Source: Phoronis australis (Eukaryota > Animalia > Phoronida). Taken from it: a stretch of 64,000 bases of DNA. The stretch is taken from NCBI GenBank assembly GCA_002633005.1, contig NMRA01000191.1, positions 612,466 through 676,465 of the forward strand, given 5' to 3'. Under the pieces are notes generated by a model that did not search any database, was not told the DNA's origin, and was given only the letters and a program-made list of their open reading frames with translations. A program made the position numbers and the translations under genes. Shown here piece after piece: positions 23,522 through 36,480 of the stretch (the first letter of the stretch is position 1; each line of letters starts with the position of its first letter).

Positions 23522-25246
23522 TTTTTATGCGCCCATACATTTATATGTAGGCGCATTATGCCGTCATTCCCGCCCATCCTGCGTCCATCTGGCGTACGCT
23601 GCTCTATCTTCAAAACCCTTTGATGTACATGTATGTTCATGAAAATTTTCACATGTATTCCTTTTATGAATGGAACGGCACGAGCGAACTTCGGACGGAT
23701 CCGAGTACCGGTGTGCCCACGAGTGGCAATTTTATTTTTTTTACGTTTACCTCTGTATCTTCAAAGGTCCTCAACGAATTTTCCCAAAATTTGGCACATA
23801 GGCATGCATTAGTGAAATGCCGCTATACTTCCGTTTTCGGATGAATTTGAGGTATATTGCGACACCTATTTGACATTTTTACTGTTTTCGAGTTTTTGGC
23901 GTCCGCCCCTCTACCAACCAAACCACAGTAGGGAAGAAAAATTGGTGAAAATTGGCTCGTACATTTATTATTGTTACTATAAAGAGGAAGGTTGACGATG
24001 ATTTGCCGACGAAGTCGACTGTGGTGGCGCCTCCTAGTGGCAGTTTTGTTTTTTTGTCCAAAACCCTTTGATGCATATTCTTGAAATTTTCACATGTATT
24101 CCTTTTACGAATGGAAAGGCATGAGCGAACTTCGGACGGATATGACTACCGGTGTGCCCCCTAGTGGCAATTTTAGTTTTTTACACTTAACTCTGTATCT
24201 TCAAACGACCTCAACTGATTTTTGTAAAGTTTGGAATATAGACATTTATCGGATGGATTCGAGGTATTTTTCGCCTCCAAGTGGCCATTTTGCTGTTTTT
24301 AGTCTGTTTTTTTTGGCGTCCACCCCTCTATCAACCAATCCATTTCAAGGAAGATTGTGAAAATTGCCACACATGTTCTTAGTGTGAAGAGGACTGTTGA
24401 CGATGACGACTTAGACTAATGTGGCGTCTCGTAGTGGCTGTTTTTGAGCCCATAGCTGGATCTCCTTAACCCACTGCAGGATATTCATTAAACACAGCAA
24501 GTGTACTCACATGAAGTTGACAACAGACGAGAACGACTTTCAGACTGATTCGACAAATGCTGTGCCCCCCTAGTGGCAAGTTTATTTTTTGCATTTTCCT
24601 CTGTTTCTCTGAAGATCCTTTACGGATTTATATGAAATTTAAGAAATAGCTTTCTATTAAAAACGATGACGTGTTCCCGTTTTCGAATGGATTCCACATA
24701 TTTTGCGCTACCTAATGGCCATTTTTAATGTTTTCTACGTGTTTTTATGTCCCCCTTCTATCAACCAAAGCAATCTAAGGATGACTGTGAAAATTGACAT
24801 ACATGCTCTTAGTGTAAAGAGAAAGGTGGACGATGATTTCCCGACGCCTTCGACTGCTGTGGCGCCTCTTAGTTGCAGTTGTTTGCGTTCATAGTTGTAT
24901 CGCTTAAGCCTACTGCAGGATCGTTATTAAGTTTAGCCAAGTGTATTAATGTGAAGTTGACAACGGAAGACTACCACTTTCAGACAGATCCGATGAACGC
25001 TGTGCCCCCTAGTGGTAATTTCATTTTCTGTCTGTTTTCCTTTATTTCTCTGAAGGTCCTTGACAGAATTTTATGAAACTCTGTTAATAACTTTCCATTG
25101 AAGAAACATGGCATTTTCCCGATTTCGGATGGATTCCACTTTTTGCGCTATCTATTGACCATTTTATCATACAGATAAACACCCCTGGAAGTATACCGTT
25201 TGCGGTGCATTCGTGGGCGTATTTCAACGTTCCGCGTTACTCTTGT
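23522..25246 (+). mobile_element. DINE-1/HINE-like element with ~440-bp higher-order internal repeats
   Basis: 5' TTTTTATGCGCCC with hairpin ATGCGCC..GGCGCAT, GTCC-like tract, 3' subterminal inverse GGGCGTATT plus a small AACG..CGTT stem-loop; homologous to 15066-16325. Confidence 0.75.
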
Positions 25247-26330
25247 AGTTTCAGACGCCATCAAACCTAATTTTAACGCGTTAGCTCAGTCGTACCAATG
25301 AACACAACTCTCCAACTGTCTTCAAACTTAACTGAACTTAATATTTTAGTCAAAAAATTATTTTTTGGTGGTGCTCCCCCAACTAAAATGCCTGCCATAG
25401 TGAATGGCATTATGGGTACTCACTCCAACGTCCGTCATATGTAATCAGATTTTCGTGGAAACCCGAACAGCTCATACATGTAATTTAATCAGGCAAACAA
25501 GCACAAACACAAACAGGCCTGAAAGTTACGAAAATGCTTACATTTAAGAAAAATATCTTGCGACGCACGAAACTTATCTTGTGATCTGAATGGTGAATGT
25601 CAAGCAAAGACTATCCTTATGCTGACAGATTTTTTTTAATTTGGTGAAATCTCAGACCTTTTTAATGGTGCGAATGTCTAAATGAAGAATGTATATTGTT
25701 GCATCCCAGAAGTGTAAAACAAGAACAATCAAAATTCTCTCAAGATCCTCAGCAATGTTTTCCAATAAAAATTTTTGATGTGCTCTATAGGACTCACATT
25801 AAACACAGATTTGGAAGATGACGTGGTAACATACCATAAGTTACAATATTTTCATTTTTCCAATTTTGTCTCATACGAATTTTGGTTATTTATTACATAA
25901 TGCATAACATACCTACTCAAAAGCCAAAGTATTCACATTTATTAGAGTCACGACATACACGATTCTCTAGTACTGACGCACTATAAACGAAAAATATACT
26001 AGAAAATCCACATCTGTAGCACGTATTTCAACCACCAGTAGTCGCCCGAGTGATATGAGTTCCGTTTCGTTAAGACCCAAACAAAGTGCATGGGCTCCAA
26101 TATTGTGGCCCTCATAGTTTGTAGGGTCACTAACAGGCTCTCATTGAACGTGAAACCTCTCACCGTTTTATTACGTTACAGGAAACCAAACATATTATTA
26201 AGCCGCCAGGTCCGGGTATTTGTGATTCCAGCCATGTTTTTCCCAACCATTTTAGTCGCCGTCCGACCATAGGAGTTGTCGCAGTGGGATTTCGGCTAGC
26301 CTTATAATAATTTTGCAAAATGTTACGAAT

Positions 26331-26850
26331 TGATCTCAATCGTTCCCATATTCCCCAGAAGTTTACAATATTACTTGGAATATATTTCGACATGTTGAAC
26401 AGCTAAATTATGGTAATAAATTCAGAACCTAAAAGATCTTTTAAGTATGTGTAAAACGATAGACATTTTACACCCACAGGGCGGACTCATGTAAAAACAT
26501 TATGTTTAGGTTGATTCACGTCTGTACCAATATTGAAGTTACAAAAATAAAATAGGATTATAGACATAAACAAAATAATTAAAGATTTCATTAGTTTGTG
26601 AGATCCCCACGAGAAGTCTCTGGTAGCGGGGCTTCCAGGGAATCACATGTTTTGAGTTAAGTAGAAATATACTCTTTTCTTAGTTATTATTAGTAATACA
26701 CTACAAATTGGCGATGAGGATGGCCCATCTGATCTCAATCGTTATCATTTTCCCCAAAAGTTTACAATATTACTTTGAATATATTTCGAAAAAATGAAGT
26801 GCATGTTGAACAGCTAAATTATGGTAATAAATTCAGAAACTAAAAGATCT
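26331..26850 (+). repeat. Direct repeat of ~110 bp (26331-26439 and 26730-26850)
   Basis: GATCTCAATCGTT...CATGTTGAACAGCTAAATTATGGTAATAAATTCAGAA..TAAAAGATCT occurs twice. Confidence 0.85.
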
Positions 26851-27421
26851 AAGACATATTTTCAGACCAAAACAACTGCTTTTTAAAACAAATAATAGCA
26901 CTGTGTGAATCTGTTCCAAAGGGCAGTTCTTGTCCGCACAGCTTGGTTAATGAGGAAAGCCCAGCAGTAATCACCTTATCCGAATTCAGCCGAGTCAATT
27001 CTGAGAACAGGCATATGTGGTTACACAACAGTCTGTGATGTCAGATCAGGAAGACAGCTGTGTATTGCAATGGCTACAAGCAGTCAACCATCCAAAATTT
27101 TACTTGCTTCATTTGATAATTGCTTTGAACTCCATTTGTTGGCATAATTAAATTTAGATTGTTTTTCGCCAAGGAGATGTAAAGACCAGTGTATCACAGA
27201 TAATCAAGCCTAATACAAAATATTGCAGTTTTCATTTTTTTCGTTTTCAGCAGTGAGTAAAAAGGTGTCACCTTTTAATTTAACCGCGTATATAATTGAA
27301 ATTTGAGTGGAGGTGGCAATCTCAATGACAGAATTATAAGAACACTTGAAATGGAAGTCTTCTGAACTTGGTTTTTTAAATTCATGTGTTAATCTATTGA
27401 AATAATAATAAACCCAAGACA

Positions 27422-27945
27422 TCAAGAACTATTACCTGAAGATGCCAGTGAACATATTATTTCAGCCGTTCATTACGGCAATTTAATTCTATCATGCTTT
27501 GGTCACTGAGTCATAGAAATCAGACAACGATTATGATTTAATCCACAGTTCAAATTAAAAATCAAGTGCTTTCAGTCGGATGTATTTGGTTTCAACAGTG
27601 AAAGACTTTCAAGGTAGTTGAAGGTTACCGCTACTATACATAAGTCACAACTGAAATATTCTCAGTACAGTAAAGTTTACATGTGAGTCAAAATGATCTA
27701 ATCTTTTAGCAAAATAAGAATGCACAGTACTTTAGAACATTTAAGCATTACAAACGTTATCCAACAACGAGTCAAATTTACATGACATGAAAGTGGATAT
27801 GCTTAACTATTACCATGGCGACCAGGTATTTCCTTACATTAAAATTCGACAAGCATGATTCAAAAAAATAAAAAAGTTGCATGGAAAAAGGATTGGAGGC
27901 TGGAAGCTTCGCAATCCAACACGGCCTATTACTCTAATTAAGAGC
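27422..27945 (+). repeat. Unclassified dispersed repeat; inverted copy at 37910-38455
   Basis: Collinear reverse-complement similarity over ~530 bp. Confidence 0.88.
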
Positions 27946-27949
27946 ATTG

Positions 27950-28094
27950 TTATCAGCAGTGCTCTTTCAATGAATTTGCAATAATAAACCACGCAGTAAC
28001 AACAAAGGAGCTTAAAATTCGTGAGGCTCTACACATCAGTTGGTGCAAGCTCAATAGGCAACTGGCACACCACAGGTTGTCATTGCTGGTCTAG
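27950..28094 (+). mobile_element. Penelope-like GIY-YIG C-terminal fragment
   Basis: Translates CSFNEFAIINHAVTTKELKIREALHISWCKLNRQL (L.I.EAL.I...LNRQ motif). Confidence 0.6.
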
Positions 28095-28249
28095 TTCATT
28101 GTCACTCTCTGTAACTGACTGTAGCTGTGCTTCATTACTTGTTGCTGGGCCTAGCTAGGTGGCTACTGCATTCTCTCTTCTGATGGTGGTGTCCATTGTT
28201 GTTTTCTTTAATATTCATACTGCAATAATTAAAATATTCCTTATACTTT

Positions 28250-29277
28250 TGCACAAAAACACAATCAGGGATGTCGGATGGCTGACTTTCAGACATAAGG
28301 CTTCGCTTTGACGTGCGGTTATCTCGGGATATTGCTGATGGAGATTTTGCTTTGTGAAAAGGAAAAATAGATGGGACTGCATCTTGTTTAAGTCGGTTTC
28401 TCTCACCTGTAATTGAATTTATCGTTGGAGAAATATTACCAAAATAAAACACAAGTAACAATTCAGTGCTTCTGTATCGCAATAAAAGTTTGCTGCACTC
28501 ATGAATATTTTATAAATGATATTTTGTCTTCATGTTCATGGGTAGAAACTAATCAAAAGCCTCCAGTCTCCCAAAATAACTATGAATAGGGTAAAGTGAA
28601 TTCAGAATGTGCAGTTTTAATGACACCTTCTAAAGTATATATCCATTCCCAACAAACAATTCATTCCAGGGATCAATGTTGATTCCAATGTAATGTCAAT
28701 AACGTTACCAATGTATCGAAAAGTCCATTGATGTTAATTTGGTAATTAATCAGCTATTCCTTGGGGGTTACTTGTTTTTTGGACAGTTGGGGACATAGAG
28801 ACCCATCTAGAATATTGTTGGAAATTGCATCTTGTTGTAGAGTAACTGTTGTAAAAAAGACACCCTTGGCTTGTTCTCGTTACCTTTTCTACTGTAGTAT
28901 TGGGAGCACAATACGAAGAAGGAACTAACCTACCATCTGAGCCCTGGATGAGTTTATGAAAAGAATCCAGTTGGTTCCACTGAACAAACCAATCATGTAG
29001 TTGTAGAAACTGGCAGCGATAATATTCTTGGACGATGTAGACGGTGTTACTGAAAACTAATTGCTAAAATCTTACCAAGTAAAGTCTTTATGTAGTCGCT
29101 GTCCTGGAAATGTTTGGAGCAAACGCGGTCATGTGGCTTTGGCATCCAAAGATTTTTCGTGCCTTCTTGGACTCGTTTGACTGAAACTCTCCAAGCTTCT
29201 TGTAATCTGGTATCTCTTGGAAACTTGTAGCCGCCTTTCGATGAATTGCACCCCGGCACACAACAATAGTACGGCAT
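28250..29277 (-). CDS. Two-exon THAP zinc-finger coding region of a DNA transposon (exon 1 29076-29277; exon 2 starts 28406, 3' limit approximate)
   Basis: MPYYCCVPGC..YKFP..W..VKR..W.P..RVCSKHF..DY..G|ERNRLKQDAVPSIF is a complete C2CH THAP with the AVPTIF-type box; GT-AG phase-1 junction. Confidence 0.88.
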
Positions 29278-29319
29278 AGTAAACGACGTAGTTTTACCAA
29301 AATTCGACGTTGTTACCCT

Positions 29320-29410
29320 CTGTTTACATGTAGTCAGCAACGCATGCGCAATTCAATCACCACTAGTACAGCAGCGACACCGCGAGGAGAATTCTCCGAA
29401 TAGCCCCATT
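29320..29410 (-). mobile_element. 5' terminus of the THAP-domain element (copy 2)
   Basis: Near-identical to 1919-2012. Confidence 0.8.
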
Positions 29411-29759
29411 GACCTCGAGACGAGAGCTGAGACAGTCATTCTTAACACGTTTCTTGAGTTGGGTTTCGTCTATGTTTGAATAAACGTTGATATGAAATTC
29501 GCCGCCGAAGATGGGTCCTTTTAAGAAGTTGTTTGCATGTCCTTCCAACTGGGAGTGCGTACAGTTGCGACACTCGGTTGGTCAATCATAACCTTGTCAA
29601 CTTCAAGGAATTCCGGAATTGTTTGGTTGGCACTTGTTTGGTTGTTGTATTTTGCAGACTATAAAATATGAGGCGAATGGATTTCTACATTACACTTCTT
29701 TGTGATTCGCACATGTAATATCAAAAAGATTCCGTACTCGGTGTTAATAACCAGTCGTG

Positions 29760-30590
29760 TCATAATACATTCCAGGTCATGTGAGAAAAGCCAATCTCAT
29801 AACCATTTTAAATTAGCTCTGAGTGGGATCTTTAGCATGTTCATTGACTCTAGTTTGCAAGATCCTACTTGTCATGTCTATATAAAAGTCATCACAATTG
29901 TTACAATTGACTTGGTAAATAACACCACTATTTTGATGAGTTCTTAATTTACATTTAAATTTAGGCAACAACACCAGTCCGTTACATGGCTTGAAAACAA
30001 CATGAATATTTGCAGATGGTGCCGCAACTCCCAACAACCTGCGTAATTAACTGAAGATCAAGAGTAAGAGATGTATTGCCCTTGTTGTTGTTGTTGTTTC
30101 ACCATAAATTTGCAAATACATGAGTCAAGGAAAGTATATGGGTGACCATTATTCATTAAAATTGACTTAAGGATTTCAAATTCCTCATCAAAAAGATGGT
30201 AGCTGCTACAAGTGCACCTAGCCCTGTGTAACAACGGGTTAATCAGCCCACATTTGTGTTTTTAGAACGAAGCCATCCCATCTCAAGTACAGTCCTGAGA
30301 ATGTAGGTTTACAATGTACACGAATAGCTAAACCCGTGTAAGTGCGACTAAGCAAAACATTCAAGAAGTGAATAGTTTTACTAGACTCCGTTTCCATAGT
30401 GAATTTGATTCTATCGCACACGGAATTCATCCAATTCAGAAATGGACCTACGTCATCGCTTTTATTGAAAATCAGGAAAATGTCGTCAACATAGGGCTTG
30501 TAATATACAGGTAACTGATGAGGACAATTGCTAAATGTTATGTCTTCCAAATGACACATTCAAATGTTAGCTTGAACTTGTACCAATAGA
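29760..30590 (-). mobile_element. Penelope-like retroelement relic (RT plus GIY-YIG)
   Basis: YVDDIF..IKFTME.E....FL.V..V..KPT.SGLYL (RT) followed by GVIYQVNCNNCDDFYI.MTSR.LQTRVNEH (GIY-YIG with CxxC). Confidence 0.88.
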
Positions 30591-31664
30591 CTTGGGTATG
30601 AATCTCCTGTAACTACGGCCAAAAAACTAGTGTTATTTTTTGTTATATTGTCAGTTTGACACTTAGTACATATCACTGTTACACGCTGTTGTGTATTAGC
30701 TAAAAATATTCATATCGGTTTATTTTTATATATGCTTGAGTATGTACCTATATTTACATTGTACAAAGTCCTTCAATTAACTCTTTCATCATATAAGCAC
30801 GGCGTGAGTCTGTTTATGAAAGACGCGCGAAAGTCCTTTCCCTGTCCCCCTTTCCTCGTTAAATTACATTTAGCACTCCTTATATACTTACTTTATCTAT
30901 AATTATTATTTGCCGTCTTGCAATGGCTAGATATGAGACGTCCAACCTTAGAATAGCTTTTCTAAAAACAGTTAAAGGTTGATGGCAAAGGCGTTCAGAA
31001 AAAGTTTGGAGTTTCAACAAAAGCCTTACTGTATCCTTCAGCGACCCGTTCGCGATCACGACTACTGCCCGATCTGTATGTGACTTGCTCGTAGCACCAG
31101 CACAAGAATTATTTTCTGAACGAATCCCGATGTTCACAGCAGAACATTCTAGTAGGTTCCAGCATGTCATTGACTGATTTAGAACCGTGGTCTGGAGGAT
31201 TTAGACCGGTAGCGCAAAGCACCTTTTAGCAAAGAAGAACGAGGTACCTGTCCACAGGAGCACTTAAAATGCATCCCAGTGTGAACAGAAATGAATGTCT
31301 ACCGGTGTCTGCATTCTGGGTGTGGCCCCTGTGGAAAATCAACCAGCACTGTTCGTGAAAGATATGGAAATGTCAGTTAACTTGAACAATATTTTGCTAT
31401 ATAAAAATATAGCTGAATAGTTTTAATTTCCTACCATTTTTGCACAAGAAGCCATGCAAGACAAATTGAGTCTGATGTGAAGATGATTGTGATGATTAGA
31501 GCTAGACTTACGTAAGAAAGTCCTTAAACATTCTGTCGCTAAAAGAAGTATCTGTAAAATAATTGTGCCAGTCTAAGGCAGGTACAATTGATCGGATAAA
31601 AAGCCGAAACAGTCAGTACACAAGCATACACATCAGCAGCGACAGCAACAATAAAGACCTCGAC

Positions 31665-31800
31665 GACAACAACAACAAAAACAACAACAACAACAAAAAC
31701 AACAACAACAAAAACAACAACAACAAAAACAGCAACAACAACAAAAACAAATAACAACAAAAAACAACATCAAAAACAACAACAACAACAAAAACAACAA
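31665..31800 (+). repeat. (AAC)n microsatellite, interrupted
   Basis: Visible AAC/AAAAAC tract. Confidence 0.95.
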
Positions 31801-32469
31801 CACGAAATTTATTGAAACAACGCAGTTTTGGTAGACAAACGCGTCTTTTTGTTAAGAAACACTGCCCAGCAGCAAGGTTCAAGTATGTAAAATGACATAG
31901 GATCGGTCTCTTTGCTAAGGTATGCCACACAAAATCAATGAGTTTGAATTCAATACACCCAATGACGATCCTTGCTTCATCGGTGCCACTCACACAGCCG
32001 AGCAAACGTCTATAGTCTGGAAAGAAGCCAGCTGGTATTTAAGTCCTCAAAGCAAAAACACCAGACTAGCATGTTTGATGTGTACAGGCGCTGAATTTTC
32101 TGTCATGCTAATCAGAGAGCTTAATGTCACATGCAGTGTTTAACAAAATAAAGATCGTGGGGTTTCGAGCATTCTACTTCTTCGCTGAAATATCCACAGT
32201 CCAACAACGAAGCGGAAAGAGCCGAAAAAGCGCACCAACGAATATCTTGCTTTATTGGTGCACAGGAATACACCTCTATACAATGGATTTTGTCAAGCCA
32301 GATAAGTATGGGGAGACGATTGAAAACAAGAATTCCCTGTCATCTCGACCTTCTGTAACCATACACTCCGGATAACTACACTGTCAGAAGACGAGAGGCT
32401 GAATACCGCCGAGAATGAACGCCTATCACAAAAGACACCGGGTTACTAAACCAGAGAAAATTTGATTAA

Positions 32470-32755
32470 AATGATACCAATCCCGCTTTTGGCTTATTAA
32501 GAGAAACTAAAAACGGCTTTCCAGTATTGTTCTCTCTGGAGGAAACCTTTGGAAACTCCTTTCAAAATCTGGTAAACAGGCACGCGTGACCTACACTTTT
32601 AGCGAATTACACGGCAAATGTGGTGACAGACCACACACGAAGGATATGAGGTTTTAGTTGATTCCAGCTTTTATATTTCAAGTTTGGTCCAATGATTCAT
32701 TACCAGGTGACAGCACTAGAATTGGTTGAAATCATCAAAACGGGGTGTCGTGTAC
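32470..32755 (+). mobile_element. Kolobok-like MITE copy
   Basis: Starts after TTAA; similar to 20261-20578 (inverted) and 33812-34180. Confidence 0.65.
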
Positions 32756-33811
32756 TTGTTCCAGAATTTTCAGTTAATGGCCAAGTTAATTGTTGGAGCT
32801 CCTGGAACTCGTTCTAACATGAGGAATGACACTGTTTCCCAAGAATGTATATTTCGTTAAAGGATTACAACAGGCTACAGATACCAACAAGGTTTGAAGA
32901 GCCAATCATTGTTAAGTACTGGTCGTCAACTTGTGTGCCAGGCATCCGCATAAATGCAAGACTCTTGATAAATCTGAATCTACACGTCTACCTAGGAGAA
33001 CTACTCGGCAGGAGCTTCAGACTGACCAAAGGACGCTGAATAACTTTTGTAGTAGTGCTAAAAGACTTATGTTTAGTTCTAAGACCTCTAATTATGCGTA
33101 GACTCGAAATTCTGGAATGCTTTTTGAGTTTAGACAGACGACTTCTTTAACAGAGAGAGGTGTAATGATGGTGTTTGGTAGGGCCGTGTATTGTGTTGGA
33201 ACGGTCTGTTGTAGCATTCTCATTTGTATACATCCCTACAATGGTTGAAAACCCGGTTTGGTTAGTATATTTTGAATTAGTTTGGGGTTGACTATGTTGA
33301 TTTGTCTTGATGAAACAAGGACGCATTTGAAAGTCTGACCCGCATATTGCAGACATGCAGGTATATGAGTTATCGATTAAACGAAACAGAACTATTTACT
33401 GAATTAATACTAATTGCTTCATTAAACTTCAGTTGGCAAGATTGAACAGGGCTGCGTTTCGCAGAGTATGTTTCTTAGAAAATAATGAGATAATGAGATA
33501 TTGCTAAGCATTAGAAGTGAAGCACCTGATGACACCAATTTACTCGCAAGTGTGTAGTACCAATGAGTTATAACACTACATACATTGTTGACTATATTTA
33601 CACGATGATCAGCCAATGTCAAATCCAAGGTAGTCTCTGAATGGCTTATTGCGAATTGCAAACACTACAACACAGCAACATGCAAAACTCAGCAACGTCT
33701 TTTTCCTTTGAAAAGTGAAATAAGAGGAAACGAGGTGACGAACGAACAATAATGGAGATGTGTACAGTTGGAACCTGTGAACAAAGGGAAGTGTGTCCCT
33801 AACTTATTTAA

Positions 33812-34180
33812 AAGGGTAGCAATTAACCCAGTTTAAGCCTATAAACAGGTATTAAAAGCGATTTTCGCATCCAGTTCTTTGAATCAAATAATGCCGTGTA
33901 ACACTTCCTGCAGAAGTTTGTAGCAAAAGTTGAAAACTCTTTACCAAGTCGCGTGCTACACGTACAAGCGTGACCTACGCTTTAGGCGAGTCACGGTCAA
34001 CTGAAGGGAAAGTCCACGCACCAAGAACCGCAATATCTTATCTAGGTGACAGAGAGTATGCCATTGAGTTTTTAGTTGTATTCTGCTTCTGTCACTCAAG
34101 TGGAACGCCAATGAAGCATTATGATATGACAGAGTGAGGATTGGTTGATATCGCCAAAACAGGATTTAGTAGCCTATCCT
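33812..34180 (+). mobile_element. Kolobok-like MITE copy
   Basis: TTAA..AGGGTAG ... CTATCCT..TTAA; interior shared with the family. Confidence 0.7.
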
Positions 34181-36014
34181 TTTAATGGTGTGCTAAGGGT
34201 GGTCGCGAAATTGAGCGGCATTTGAACGAACACAGTGAAACTATGCAAAAACTTTGATTTTCGAACTTAAAACAATGTTTTCACGCCTGTTGAAGTCTGA
34301 TTGTAACCCATTACGTATTTTAATCAGTCAACTCAACGTTGATCTGGAGCAGCAAGCTGTGCTATTTGGCAGATGTGCTACCCATTCTCTTGCCCGGTGA
34401 AAATGTTCAAGGTCCCATGACTCTTGTCTGACTACCAGATTCATTCGGGCATGCGCTCTGACATCTACACCAGAGTGCACTCAGGGTGCCACCGTGCACC
34501 GCCTTTTTCACTACATGAGAACGCCGAGAACAAACGTAGCGAGTGTCACGCATTCACGGAACGATTAACAGGGGTGCCTTCCCTAGACACGAAGAGCACA
34601 AGATCTCCCAGAATCGCAAGACTTCCACAAAATATCGTAATGTATACACAAACGAGACACATGACCACATTAGCTTCCTTAAAGACTTTCTGACGCCTAC
34701 TTAACTTTACCCTGTTTTTACAAAATGAAAAGTGCATGTTGACTCCGCCATTTGAAGCTTGTGCAATCACGTAAAGGACATCTGATGCTCCTCATGGTGA
34801 CACAGTAATAAATAAGAACAAAAACGTCGACTCACTATTATTCAACGTAGTCGGAAGAGTCTTAAGAGGTTATTGTAGACCGCAAAACAACAAAGTAACA
34901 TTGGGTCTACACCACCATTCGATTTGAATCTTTCACGTTACCCATATCTTCACGGACACAGACGATCAGTCTCTAGTCACTGCACCACGGAAAAAAATTG
35001 GTCGTCCCAGATAAACTTTGTCGGGAAAAACGGACAACTGAAAACCTGCTGCGTTACCGCATCAGTTTTCAAAAAGCCGACCTGAGTCAACTATGCATTT
35101 CAATGTATTCAGCGAGAATCAAATTGTTATCAGAAATAGGTATACAAGTTAAATGTAAAAACGTGGCACCATGTTGGCGCGTCATTAAGCCCATGGTTGT
35201 TCGTGTGAAACTTCAATTATATGTAAAACTTAGGGGCATGCGCCAATATACAAACCACTTCAGTAAAAAGGCATTATATTGGATATATGTCGAAGGCCGG
35301 CAAGACAGTAATACATAACTATTTACTAAATTTCTTGAAAATACGCCAACGAATTCCATGATATAAAGACCAACGTCAAAAATTGCCATCAGGAGGAAAA
35401 GCGGAAGTCAAAAGGGTGCGCCTACGTGCTAATTAATGTATGGGCCCATGCAAGGGAAATTATCTGGGCTTTTAGGTGAAACTTAGGAGTATGCGCCATT
35501 ATGCGAACCATTTCTGTGTAAATGCCGCGAAAAAGGCATTATTTCGGATATAAGACCATGGGCCCAAAGGCGCGACAATACGTTAGTACAAAACCACATG
35601 GATGTTTTATGACAATCAAAACACATGAATATCGATGATAACTACAAGTTTTCGTAATGTTGTTGTTATCATGTTTATCCACGAATCAGACCCAATAAAT
35701 GTTATCCAATGGTTTGCATAACAATACGAAGTAACGTATTTAGAAACCAATCATTTCTTAGGGAAAATTCAGGTGTGAACTTGGTTCTTGTTTGCACTTA
35801 AGCCACTAAGCAAATTTGAAAACATTTTTGAGTCAATTACATCAAAGCATAAAAATTGGTCATGAATGACTGGAAATGATATGCAAGATTTTCAAACACA
35901 TAAAGTGGAGATAATTTCGAATGAAATGAGGGATTGATGGGTTCTTGTGTTTATATTTCTCGGCAAGCCTCGGGATTTTCACGAAATTTGCAAGAGGTTT
36001 TGCCCATGTCATCA

Positions 36015-36077
36015 AGAGAGAGAGAGAGGGAGGGAGGGAGGGAGGGAGNNNNNNNNNNNNNNNNNNNNNNNNNNNNN

Positions 36078-36140
<63 letters not shown>
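36015..36140 (+). repeat. (GA)n microsatellite containing a short N gap
   Basis: Visible. Confidence 0.97.
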
Positions 36141-36141
<1 letters not shown>

Positions 36142-36159
36142 ATTTTAATCTGCAAGAAA

Positions 36160-36480
36160 CTGACACACCAAGATACTTGTAATAAGATTTCGTGTCTACC
36201 AATTTCTAATTGTAAAACCACTTTCCTGTGCTGATAAAGTTCCACCTCGCGTGAAAACAACAATTGTCTTATCAAGATTAACACATAATCTCCAATCCAC
36301 ACAGTAATTATGCAATACACTTAATTTTCTCTGAAGTCCAGGCACTGTGTCCGCCATAAGCACTAAATCGTTCGCAAGTAGTATCGAACTTAATTCATCA
36401 TCATCACACTTGATATCTCGACCTCCTTTGACCTCTGACACCAACCCGCTTACAAAAACGTCACAAACATGATACAAAGA
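36160..36480 (-). mobile_element. LINE (CR1/L2-group) reverse transcriptase fragment
   Basis: ILLANDLVLMADTVPGLQRKL..L.NYC.DW.L.VNLDKT..VF ... YKYLGV (degenerate FADD box and downstream RT motifs). Confidence 0.8.

Noticed and set aside
31539-32005. Poly-Val/Leu/Asn ORFs resembling membrane or low-complexity proteins
   Set aside because: Translations of the (AAC)n microsatellite.
35934-36320. (RE)n/(SL)n ORFs
   Set aside because: Translations of the (GA)n microsatellite; only the adjacent RT fragment is meaningful.
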